DNA from: a virus
Lineage: Duplodnaviria > Caudoviricetes
IMG/VR virus record: IMGVR_UViG_3300032038_000076
Coordinates: 845-64,844 of that record
Direction: 5' to 3' (one strand)
Length of the DNA stretch: 64,000 bases
Under the pieces are notes generated by a model. The model ran no database searches. It saw nothing but the letters and a program-made list of their open reading frames with translations, and was not told where the DNA came from. This document shows positions 38,600 through 48,059 of the stretch, in pieces. How positions within the stretch are numbered: the first letter of the stretch is position 1; each line of letters starts with the position of its first letter. Made by a program: the position numbers and the translations under genes.

Positions 38600-39250
38600 A
38601 TCTGGTTTGTTTAGGTGCTTGCCACCCAATTGAAAGCATTCCACTTTCATGCGAAATCAACTATTTCGTAAAGTGTGTGCAAAGTTTTTACGTTGCCAGA
38701 CCAACGATAGATCTTTTTGCGATCTATATACGCGGCTACATGTCCACTGCACCAGTACATTACATTGGTTCTCTGAATTTAATCAGTATGTTATGATTTT
38801 ACACTATACAGTACCATGGCTCCCGCACATAACTACTCACGAGTATAGTAGTTTGACAGCTTTTACCTCTTGTCTTTTTTACACACTCGCAGAGGAATCG
38901 TTCATTAAGGACATGAACTCATTAACGACCGCTATCACCGCAAGCACGGAGATATTCTTCTTGAATATCTAAGTCACTCTCTTTGTTTTAAGAACAAAAG
39001 TAGAAAAGAAACTTTTATTAAAATATATTTTTGTGCGTGATATATTTTAATAGACTTCGTCGAGTGTGCAGTCATAAATCGGTTTCAACCCAGCATTTAC
39101 TCAATCACACGCATTTCAAATGGATTCCACAACTTTTAATTATCTCATCCTCGCGCTTCATATCGGATAGATTGTGAGTTAGTCCTCACAGTGTTCCATT
39201 ATATGAACTTTATTTTCTTCTCGGCTTTTAATGCTTGCCTATCGACGAAA
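38600..39250 (-). ncRNA. Candidate large structured ncRNA (about 650 nt)
   Basis: No credible RBS-led ORF; lies between two tRNAs; many hairpins. Confidence 0.5.
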
Positions 39251-39324
39251 TTGCGGCGGGTGGGATTTGAACCCACGATTTTCTCCTTATGAGGGAGATG
39301 AGATAACCACTTCTCTACCCCGCA
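39251..39324 (-). tRNA. trnM: tRNA-Met(CAU), initiator-like body with bulged acceptor
   Basis: TCTCC-CT CAT AA-GGAGA; TGCGGGG 5' end. Confidence 0.75.
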
Positions 39325-39803
39325 TAATAATGCTTTTTATTTTAATCCGAAAGGAGCATTAACCAAAGAACAAACCTAAGTAGTTTTTTGTTAAGGGAAA
39401 ATAAGAAGTAAAACTATTGGTCTTCCGTCAAATCATAACTTCTTATCTAGGAAATAAAACATATTACTATGTTTCTTCATATTTTTTATTTCCTAACCTT
39501 TATAAATATATTATATAATATTTTTTTAAAAAAATCAAAAATAAGGATTTTTATCGGATAAACCCTTAAAACCATCACTAGCTTGTTGGCTTATATTAGC
39601 ACAATGGACTGTACCTCCATTTCTAAAAATTTCATCAAGCTAATGGAGAGTTGACAATTTCATGCATCTCCTGATAAATTCTACAAAGATTTATCTTCCA
39701 TGAGATTTTCCATAAAGAGAGTTGTCTTCCTACTTCTGATTTTTTCTATACCGCCGCGAAGTCCAAGCGGTAGAACCAGTTCTTAGTGACCTCGTCGGTC
39801 AAA

Positions 39804-39877
39804 TCACCCGACTGGGATTCGAACCCAGGATCCACTGATTTAGAGTCAGTTATGTTAGACCGCTCCACCATCGGGCG
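39804..39877 (-). tRNA. Amber suppressor tRNA (anticodon CUA)
   Basis: CGCCCGA TG GTGG AGCGGTCTA ACAT A ACTGA-CT CTA AA-TCAGT GGATC CTGGG TTCGAAT CCCAG TCGGGTG A. Confidence 0.93.
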
Positions 39878-39879
39878 AT

Positions 39880-40410
39880 GGGAACAGGTTTAAGGTCTCT
39901 GTCCCGACCGCTCTCTTCTCAATCAAGTTTCACATGAGCAATGTAAACGGCAGTTTTATATCTTGTCGGATAGAGAGTTTTTTGATATAGTCGTAACTTT
40001 ATCAACCTATACAGCTCACAAGGTATAATGTGGGTAAATGTTCTCTCTCTGCCTGTCCCACCTTGTTGACCACATCTTGCTTTCAATCCATTGATAAATT
40101 CAGTCTATCGTTTATCAATCCCACTATTTTTACAAGTAGATGTATAGCCGAGAGTTTCAACAGCTCTTATCCTCAGGCCCAGCGCTTCCTTATCCTGTGT
40201 TCTATTAAAGTCACAATGCTTTAATCTGTGGTCAAAATAAGATTTATATGAATATAGCTTTGTCCATTTCTTAGGCTCCCTACTCACTATAGCCTAAATT
40301 CCACTGGTCATGACTCCAGCTCCTAGGTAGTCTGCTATGGTCTCTCGCTTCCGACCGCCGCACGTGTGGTGGACTCTCTGATTGTTTATGTACACTATTA
40401 AAATCAGTTA
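39880..40410 (-). ncRNA. Candidate large structured ncRNA (about 530 nt) immediately 5' of the suppressor tRNA
   Basis: Hairpin-dense, no RBS-led ORF. Confidence 0.45.
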
Positions 40411-40430
40411 CCATTGCTATATATTATATA

Positions 40431-40595
40431 TCAAAATGCAAATTCATTATCTCTATCCAGCCGCTCAAAATAAACGACTCCAAAACGATCTTCAAGGAAC
40501 TTAACTTCTGAATAGCTTCTTACAAAAGTTATATGCTTTTTGTTGAAATCATCTTTATAAGTTACCATATAAATAACTACTCTGGTGTTTTCCAT
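40431..40595 (-). CDS. Small protein (54 aa) MENTRVVIYMVTYKDD...
   Basis: Own promoter and AAGGAGG RBS; below the track cut-off. Confidence 0.7.
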   Translation of the reverse strand: MENTRVVIYMVTYKDDFNKKHITFVRSYSEVKFLEDRFGVVYFERLDRDNEFAF

Positions 40596-40679
40596 AGCAA
40601 CGCCTCCTTAAAGATGTTGTTTATCACTTTTGTTATATATATTATAACAAAAATTTTATTAAAAATCAATAAATGATTT

Positions 40680-40986
40680 TTAATCTGGTAGTTTAGGTTT
40701 ACCTCCGCGACGAACTCTACCAAACTGGAGGAAAATTGGCTTATCCTGGTACGCATTACAAGCGTGATGAGTACTGATATAAATGGGTTTACTTTGTCTC
40801 CTTATATACCGTTTGTCACAAAAGCCACATACCATACGCCTCCAGGCGGGCTGAATAGAAACAATCAAAGTCCTGAATATTTGGTTATGTCAGTGGTAGT
40901 TTAACCCTAATCCATACTAACGGTGATTTTAATGTCTTATCTGACAAACACACTTATAATGGCTCAGGCGGGATACCCTCACCAAA
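40680..40986 (-). ncRNA. Candidate structured RNA 3' of tRNA-Asn
   Basis: Shares 5' motif with 41062-41332; 3' pseudoknot potential. Confidence 0.45.
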
Positions 40987-41060
40987 CTGCCAGAGAGAGG
41001 CTTGAACTCTCGACCTTCGGTTTAACAGACCGACGCTACCACCAACTGAGCTATCTGGCA
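40987..41060 (-). tRNA. trnN: tRNA-Asn(GUU)
   Basis: TCGGT-CT GTT AA-ACCGA; U1-A72, G73. Confidence 0.9.
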
Positions 41061-41061
41061 T

Positions 41062-41332
41062 TAATGTAGATGCTTGCCACAGCTTCAACCTTGTTCAGGT
41101 GTCTACATCACCTTACTCCAACATATCTCTTGGATGAAAGAACCTCTTTTCCTATCCCGAGGTAAAGGTATCTATAGATTATGGCTTATAGACTATGTGC
41201 CAGACCGTATTATAACTCTCAATCGGACGAACGACTGTATCCTCGACAGCTCAGATTTATATTGGCTGAGATAAATCAACTCAATACAATAAATACACTT
41301 ATGATGGTTCAGGCGGAACATCCTAAACCAAA
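41062..41332 (-). ncRNA. Candidate structured RNA between tRNA-like gene and tRNA-Asn
   Basis: Shared 5' motif; several hairpins. Confidence 0.45.
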
Positions 41333-41403
41333 TTGACAAAAAAGGATTCGAACCTTTATTTCTCCTTTTCACGGGAGCGTCTTCTCCTTTAGACGATTTG
41401 CCA
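41333..41403 (-). tRNA. Degenerate tRNA, anticodon ambiguous (GTG or GAA)
   Basis: Good acceptor, D and T arms; anticodon arm CTCC-CGTGAAAA-GGAG non-canonical. Confidence 0.55.
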
Positions 41404-41518
41404 AAACTCCATTTCTAGCGCGCCTAATGGAGCCAAGAAGATGCGCATCTTCTCTAAGATTTTTTTTGTTAATTTTAGGATAAAATCTCTAAAAATTCCT
41501 TTTATTGTTTTATAAAAA

Positions 41519-41656
41519 CAAGACAACAAGTTCCTTTTCTAAAACCAATATGGTGACCTACCAAATTAAAACCACTAAACTTCGATACTTTTGGAGCTTT
41601 TTTCATCAAAAAGCATATTTTCCTTATTTACTTTGTTTTGCTGTTCTGTTGTCTTT
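41519..41656 (-). ncRNA. CAGCAA-stem RNA E5
   Basis: aagacaaca-gaacagcaa...gttgtcttg; begins right after a sigmaA promoter. Confidence 0.6.
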
Positions 41657-41894
41657 ATCTTTATATAAATATTATATCATAAATTTTTTAAAATTTCAAA
41701 TTTCTTGATCATCCTCGCAAGGAGCGGCGCTTAGCTCGACCCTTACGAGAACAATTATAACCTCTTGAAATTTCTTTTTTATTATGTATATATTATAACA
41801 AAATTTTTTAAAAAAATCAATGAAAAAATCTCTTTTAGAGGTCTATTTTTATTTAAAAATAAATAAGATTACTTAGATAACATTGTCCAAAAAA

Positions 41895-42539
41895 TTATTT
41901 TCTCTCCCATTGATGTTTTGCTTTTGATTGCTCTTTCCACGATCTTTGAACGCATCTTGAACGATCATCCCACCAATGAGGTATTCCATGTCTGCTTCCT
42001 CTATTAAATTCTTTATAATCTGGATTTGCAAACATTCGTATAATTCTTGCGGTGCCTGGTCCAGAGTGAGAAGAGCCGCCGCGCCATTTATGAACAAAAG
42101 GAACAGGATCTTTTCTGTATTCAAACATAGTTTTTCTTTTGCTTAAATATTCATATTTTTTCTTATTATGAATTTTAAACTTATATCTATACTTCCAATG
42201 AATATTTTCCCAATAACATTTCTTAAGCGATGACCCATCTGCTTTCCATTTTTTATAAAGATCAAATGCTTTTTCTTTAAAATCACGAGCATTAATAATT
42301 CTATTATAGTTGTCATAAAACATATAACGTCTATAATAGCAATCTCCCTGTTTAAACAGGTCTTTAATATCACAAGTGCATTGCTCAAGAAAAGAATTGT
42401 AAGTTATACCCCAGAAATCATCATGAAACCATCTGGCAATAAAATTCACAATTTCATCTTCTGAATAAAAATAATCTGTGATTTCATCATATTCTGCATC
42501 ATAAAGTTTATAAAAATATTCATTAGAGATTTTATACAT
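41895..42539 (-). CDS. Hypothetical protein (214 aa) with basic, Trp-rich C-terminus
   Basis: Open ORF, RBS AAGGAG. Confidence 0.75.
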   Translation of the reverse strand: MYKISNEYFYKLYDAEYDEITDYFYSEDEIVNFIARWFHDDFWGITYNSFLEQCTCDIKDLFKQGDCYYRRYMFYDNYNRIINARDFKEKAFDLYKKWKADGSSLKKCYWENIHWKYRYKFKIHNKKKYEYLSKRKTMFEYRKDPVPFVHKWRGGSSHSGPGTARIIRMFANPDYKEFNRGSRHGIPHWWDDRSRCVQRSWKEQSKAKHQWERK

Positions 42540-42560
42540 AATAGATCTCCTTTCCCCGAA

Positions 42561-42634
42561 TGGATCATATAGGACTTGAACCTATGACCTTGGAGTTATG
42601 AGCTCCCTGCTCTCACCAACTGAGCTAATGATCC
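42561..42634 (-). tRNA. trnI: tRNA-Ile2(CAU, lysidine type)
   Basis: GGATCAT/ATGATCC+A body resembling Firmicutes Ile2; CT CAT AA loop. Confidence 0.7.
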
Positions 42635-42771
42635 TAAGAAATCTATCAAATTAAAGTTTCCCTTAATTTGATAGATATATTTAAGCAGATTATATTGGGA
42701 ACCTCAAATCTGGATTGCCTACCAGAGTATCTATTCATCGCGCGGATAACTCTTACCCAATTTCCATACTT

Positions 42772-43089
42772 TTATGCACAGCAATAATTTTTTACTTTCG
42801 CCGCCTTATTTACATATGAACAAAATGCTTTAGCATCTCTTTCTTTTGCAAAAGAAAAATGCAAATAGTTAGTAGGTTTATAGTAAAAAAAATCTTGTGC
42901 ATTAAATTTTATTAATAAATTAATATATTCATCAATAGAAAGATTAAGAATTCTCATTGGAGTGTACCATCTACTAGATCGTCCACTTAGGTTTTTAACA
43001 TCATTAACATACCATTTTTTCGTTGGAGATTCCCAACTAGTCATTTGATAGAGATGCACTCCCATAATAAGCTCCTTATGACAACCCAA
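42772..43089 (-). CDS. Hypothetical protein
   Basis: Open ORF, start uncertain. Confidence 0.6.
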   Translation of the reverse strand: MGCHKELIMGVHLYQMTSWESPTKKWYVNDVKNLSGRSSRWYTPMRILNLSIDEYINLLIKFNAQDFFYYKPTNYLHFSFAKERDAKAFCSYVNKAAKVKNYCCA

Positions 43090-43396
43090 GCTGATTTAAC
43101 AACATAGCCAATCTTTCTTTTTCTTCTGCGGATGGCTCCTGCGGAATCTGTTCATTCGTCCCTGTGGGCTTTACATCTGCGGTTGCCGCATTTTCCTCAC
43201 CAGGCAGCGCCACATCTTCACCACCTTCAACCGCAACTTTAGCTGCGGTTAATGTTACTTTTATCTGCAGCCGCTCCCCATTCTCAAGCCCGTTAATACG
43301 GATTTCTTTACCATCATTATATAAAAAGCTGCCTGGAAATGCCTTAAGAATCTTTTCAGACACTTCCTTTTTCAGAATACTTCCTTTTGCCGCCAT
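43076..43396 (-). CDS. Conserved phage hypothetical protein (106 aa)
   Basis: MAAKGSILK..., AAGGAG RBS. Confidence 0.75.
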   Translation of the reverse strand: MAAKGSILKKEVSEKILKAFPGSFLYNDGKEIRINGLENGERLQIKVTLTAAKVAVEGGEDVALPGEENAATADVKPTGTNEQIPQEPSAEEKERLAMLLNQLGLS

Positions 43397-43452
43397 ATGA
43401 TTTTCTCCTTTTATTTATTATACATATATTATATAATAAAATTTTAAAAAAA

Positions 43453-44247
43453 TCAATTTTTCTTCTTCATGCTTCGTATAATAATATGACTTTTCTCTAA
43501 TGTTTTTCCTAATTCCGCAAATCTTTCACAAATATTGCAGCTGCCTGGCTTATACATACAGCGCTTGCCGCATTTTGAACGAATTCTTCCAAAGCTACTT
43601 AAAACATATTTGTTATCTAAATCATGTTTAAAAGTAGGGATAATTTCATTAATTAATCCCATCCATTTTTCTTGTTTATAAATTTTAAAAATTACTTGCT
43701 GTCTTTCTTTGTCAGACACTAATTCAAATACATCTACAAAAGTAGAATAAATTGATATATCATTAGGACGAATAAAAAAAGTTTTTAAACTAGGGGTTTC
43801 CGCCCAACTAGACTGACAAATATTAGGATATACTCTTACTTTTATATGATTTTTATGCAAAATTTCACTAACTTTATCTAAAAAGAATCCCAATTCTTCA
43901 CAAATATACATATCAGTAGGATGGTATGCAATTAGCCCTTGCATTTGATCTATTGACGTTACTGGATTTGAAAAAAAATGCGGAATTTCATATTGTTCAA
44001 TTAATTTTAATGTTTCTTTATCATAAAAATCAACAATTAATTTAATTTTTGGATATTTTTTACAAAGTTCACTAAATAATTTAGCATCCTATTCTGTAAA
44101 AATATCAATTATATCAATGACAATTGATTTCTTTTTATAAACTTCAAGAAAATCTACTAATGTGCGATCGGCGGGCTTATATTTAATTCTTAACTAATCC
44201 GCATCTTCAATATATTTTTGATTTGGATAATAATTCAAACAAAACAT
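43453..44247 (-). CDS. U32-peptidase-like protein (264 aa, 2 TAG)
   Basis: GGAGG RBS; EDAD*LRIKY; KVRVYPNICQ, FFIRPNDI and C-terminal RSKCGKRC...CNIC. Confidence 0.55.
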
Positions 44248-44312
44248 ATTTTTCCTCCACGAAAAGTAAGGGAAGAGAAATCTTCCCTTACTTACTAGAT
44301 AAGTTATTTTAT

Positions 44313-44729
44313 TTATTCAGCATCGGTATCAGCGTCAGCAGCATCCGCAAGCTTATATGCCATTCTCTTGTTACCGTCAACCTTTACGGTTTCCTTTACA
44401 ATAGCACCACTCTTAAAGAGCTTGCCAAGACGAGCGGTGACCTTATTACGAGTAACGTCTTCGCGGTTAATGGCAATAACGATTTCATCAACAGTAACCA
44501 GATCTTCTCCAATAAGTCCAAGGATCTCCTCGGTGAGAGCGTCAGACTCTTCCTTCTTCTTTGCGGCTCGATCCGCGGCTGCCGCCTTACGTTTGACCAA
44601 AAGCTCAATCTGCTTATCAATAAAATCTACCAATTCATTCTGCTTCTCTTCATCTTTAACAACATCAATAACAATTTCACGAAGTTCCTCAAAGAGCATA
44701 GTCTTAGTTTTCTTTGTCGTATTTTCCAT
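44313..44729 (-). CDS. Winged-HTH protein, distant member of the early paralog family (138 aa)
   Basis: FIDKQIELL...VTVDEI...TRNKVTARLGKL. Confidence 0.7.
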   Translation of the reverse strand: MENTTKKTKTMLFEELREIVIDVVKDEEKQNELVDFIDKQIELLVKRKAAAADRAAKKKEESDALTEEILGLIGEDLVTVDEIVIAINREDVTRNKVTARLGKLFKSGAIVKETVKVDGNKRMAYKLADAADADTDAE

Positions 44730-44822
44730 AAATAATTCTCCTTTTTAAGCTGTTTTTTCTTCTTTATCTTATGAATTTATTATATCAAAAATTTTTAAAA
44801 TTTTCAAGCGCGATTGCTATTT

Positions 44823-46356
44823 TTAGCTTATGCACGCGTTTATATATCGAATCTCACGATCTGTCAGTTTTGAATATGAAAGATCATAATTAGCAAGAAT
44901 TTTCTCAAATTCATCAAAATTAATAGTAGCACAGGGATAATTTTTGATGTCTCTGATCACAGCGTTAATTTTACCCGCTCTAGTGGGCAATAAACCTTCA
45001 GCTTCCGCCATATAAAAAGTCTGCCAAATATTCATCATATTTTCTCCTAAATTAATAACAGTCAACAGAGAAATTACAATCTTCCGATTCATTAGCTTCT
45101 TTAAAATCAAAAACAGTACCTTCTAAAATGGGCTTAAGTCTCTGAATTTCAATAATTTCATCTTTCCCATAATCTTTTTCAAGAAGCTTCATTGCTTCCA
45201 TGAAATTTTTTGCGGGAACTACTCCACAACGAGTCTCTTCCAGCTGATCAACTTCATTCCACCAGAGAAGTCTATATTCATAGTACCAAATCATCATTTA
45301 TATCCCCTTTCTTTTTCTTTATCTTATAAATATATTATATTATATTTTTTTTAAAAAATCAAAAGGAGTCTTTATATCTGTCATATTCAAAATCTGCCTT
45401 ATCAGCTTCGTAATCTTCTTTTGAATAATAAAACGGGCACTCTTCGCAATCATGATCGTAGCCGCGGCCGCACCATGCCTCGGGCGGTTCATAAAAATTC
45501 CCCACCCAAGTTTCTCTATAAACACAATCATCATTGAACATGATTTTTCTCCTTTTATTCAATCCAATAGACAATACGAATCTGGCTAAAATCGTCTCGC
45601 CAATCCCATCCATCCATAACCTCAAGAAATGCATCTACTCTTTCTTTAAGTTTCTTCATAGGAGTTGGCATAAAAATCTTTTCAGTGTTTTCTCCTTCAT
45701 AGTCCATAGCTTCATAATCTATTGCCTTTGGATGCTCAAGACAATAAATATACATATCTGCATAGCTAAACCAACGTACAGTAGGAGTGTAAAGATGCTT
45801 TTCACCCGCATATTCAGTTTCATAACAACACTGATCATAATTTTCTTTAATTTCTTTTGCTACATTTTCAGGAAGACCCTGATGAATACCTCTCATCGCT
45901 GGAAGATCATCATAACTATTATTTTCTACAATAGAGAAAAGATCATGACATCCATTATACGGAAACAGCTCTGCGGGTTCCTGTTTAGTATGATCATAAT
46001 TCCATACGATTGGGTGCTGCATTTCATATTTACCAGTATTACGATCAAATCGCTCAACGAAGAAAAAAGGGCTTCTACTCATTTGTTTACTCCTCCTTTA
46101 TCTTTCTATAAATATTATAACAAAAATTTTTGTAAAAAACAATAGAAGATTAATAATCCCGCATCATATCTTCTATGTCACGTTCTTTAATCTTAGCTAT
46201 TTTCTGTTTTTTGAGATTGCCGCGGGCTGCCGCACCTCCCTTTTTAGGTTTATATTTTTTACAAATCTGACATGCTTTTTTGAAAGTTCCTTCTCTACCC
46301 TTTAAACATTCACCTTCATAGACATAATAAACACATGCCACTTCTCTATCAGTCAT
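44823..46356 (-). other. Run of five small hypothetical CDS (44823-45038, 45052-45297, 45359-45541, 45555-46082, 46150-46356)
   Basis: RBS-led ORFs ending TAA/TGA, no internal TAG. Confidence 0.7.
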
Positions 46357-46366
46357 TTTTTCTCCT

Positions 46367-47068
46367 TTAATCTAAAAAATTTGCATAATCTAATATTGCG
46401 GGCGTCCCATTTAAACGGTAACCAATGTTACTCATATGAGCATCCGCAAGAATATCTAAATCTATATTATTACAATACCATAAAAATCTTTCTACTTTAG
46501 ATTTTCCGTATTTATCCAAACAAAGCGCTATCCATTCTGAGTCAACTGCTATTGTTCCTTCTTCTACCCATTTAGAAACAATTTGCCTAGACCGCTCAGA
46601 AGGAATTGTTTCTGAACAGCAATCATCACAAGGGATGATTTTTTCTTGTATAAACACTCTTACATTATCTATTGTTTTATATAAAAATGTTTTTGCAACA
46701 AAGCAATCCAATCTATAAGCTTTTAATCTATTATATTTTTCATATTCTGCTAAACAGTAGTCAGTTCTATCTGATCCTGGTGCCCAATAGAAAGGGGACC
46801 AATTAATGCTTCCATCTTCATCTTCAAAATAAGATCCATTAAATGGAATTTTTATAACTACATTTTGAATATTTGGAGATAAAATTACTAATTTAGTTGC
46901 TCCAAAATAGATACATGCTTCTGGATCAACTTCAAAAAGAGCTTCCATAAGAAGCTCTTTATTAATAGGTTCACTTGAATCTGAAAAACAACATACTAAC
47001 CCAAATTCTTCAGGAAGAGGAAAAATACTTTCCAAAATTTTATCAATTTTTTTATGATCAAATGTCAT
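46367..47068 (-). CDS. Protein-kinase-like fold protein (233 aa)
   Basis: FGATKLV, VVIKIP, FIQEK, DAHMSNIG and ILDY motifs. Confidence 0.65.
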   Translation of the reverse strand: MTFDHKKIDKILESIFPLPEEFGLVCCFSDSSEPINKELLMEALFEVDPEACIYFGATKLVILSPNIQNVVIKIPFNGSYFEDEDGSINWSPFYWAPGSDRTDYCLAEYEKYNRLKAYRLDCFVAKTFLYKTIDNVRVFIQEKIIPCDDCCSETIPSERSRQIVSKWVEEGTIAVDSEWIALCLDKYGKSKVERFLWYCNNIDLDILADAHMSNIGYRLNGTPAILDYANFLD

Positions 47069-47070
47069 TT

Positions 47071-47970
47071 TTATTCTCCCACTACTTTAACAATACATCT
47101 TGTTAAATATGTGTTACGGATTCCCATATATTCATCAAATTTTTTAATAGTTCCAGTTAAATCAACAGTGTCCCCAACTGCAAATCCAAGATCATATTTT
47201 GCAGTCATCCACACAAAAACATAATCTTCAGAAGTAAAAGTACAAACATTAGTATAACCAAAAGCTCCCTCAAAACCGCGAATATTGCTAACTTTTGCCG
47301 TAATATTGCGGATACGCTCTTTTTCTTCTCCAGGATAGTACTTAGAGGTGGAAGGCCCTTTCAATTCTGCAATGCGGCGAGATACAATAGTCTTAGCATC
47401 TTCTTTAAAAGTAGCCCATTTTGCCTGCGGGCTGTAGTCATAAAGCTCATCGAAACTCATCTCGCAGAGCTTATAACCATCAGGCAGCGCAACTTCATTG
47501 GGGAAGAACCATTTCAGAGTCGGATCAAATCTGGCTCCGAGCTTTTTTAACTCATCCTTAATGGCAAAAGTATCATCACCATAGACAAGATAAGCTTTCT
47601 CTTCTTCACCAAATCCAAGCTTCAATGCAACTTCATGCTTATACTGCGCAGCGTTTTCAACAAGATCGCGTGCCTTAGCTTCTTTTTCTGCTTCTCTCTT
47701 GGCGCGAGCACGTTCATTTGCAGCCTGCATACGGTTATATTCTTTTTCAGTGTATGCGCGAACTTTCTGGATAATAATACCAGAGCCATTACAGCCGTAA
47801 CAACGGGTCCCATCCATCTGATTGTACGAATAATGTCCACTTCCACCACACCGCGGACAAGTACCTTTAACCTTTACGAAAAGACGCCCTTTTTCATTTT
47901 CAAAAGGCTCAGAAACAATCTGCATATCCTTATAAGAATCAGCTACAAAGATTTTTTCCATACTCATCAC
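47071..47970 (-). CDS. Zn-finger (CxxCxGxG x2) plus C-terminal OB-fold protein (299 aa)
   Basis: CPRCGGSG...CYGCNGSG; VDLTGTIKKFDEYMGIRNTYLTRC. Confidence 0.65.
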   Translation of the reverse strand: MMSMEKIFVADSYKDMQIVSEPFENEKGRLFVKVKGTCPRCGGSGHYSYNQMDGTRCYGCNGSGIIIQKVRAYTEKEYNRMQAANERARAKREAEKEAKARDLVENAAQYKHEVALKLGFGEEEKAYLVYGDDTFAIKDELKKLGARFDPTLKWFFPNEVALPDGYKLCEMSFDELYDYSPQAKWATFKEDAKTIVSRRIAELKGPSTSKYYPGEEKERIRNITAKVSNIRGFEGAFGYTNVCTFTSEDYVFVWMTAKYDLGFAVGDTVDLTGTIKKFDEYMGIRNTYLTRCIVKVVGE

Positions 47971-48059
47971 CTTTTCTTTCTTTATCTTATATATATATTA
48001 TATAATAAATTTTTAAAAAAATAAAGCTGCGGATCCGCAGCTTTAAATTTGTAAGATAT

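Noticed and set aside
39880-41332. tmRNA or RNase P RNA
   Set aside because: No Ala-type tRNA-like domain with G3.U70 ends, and no GAGGAAAGUCC/P4 complement.
38649-41708. Track ORFs 38649-38972, 40030-40224, 40105-40287, 40680-40868, 41074-41274, 41505-41708
   Set aside because: No RBS, atypical composition, and they overlap tRNA/ncRNA transcription units; likely chance ORFs.
35593-42634. Theta (HDV-like) ribozymes at tRNA 3' ends
   Set aside because: Inspected trailers lack the P1-P2-P3/L3-P1' nested pseudoknot pattern. A CM search would be needed to exclude this formally.
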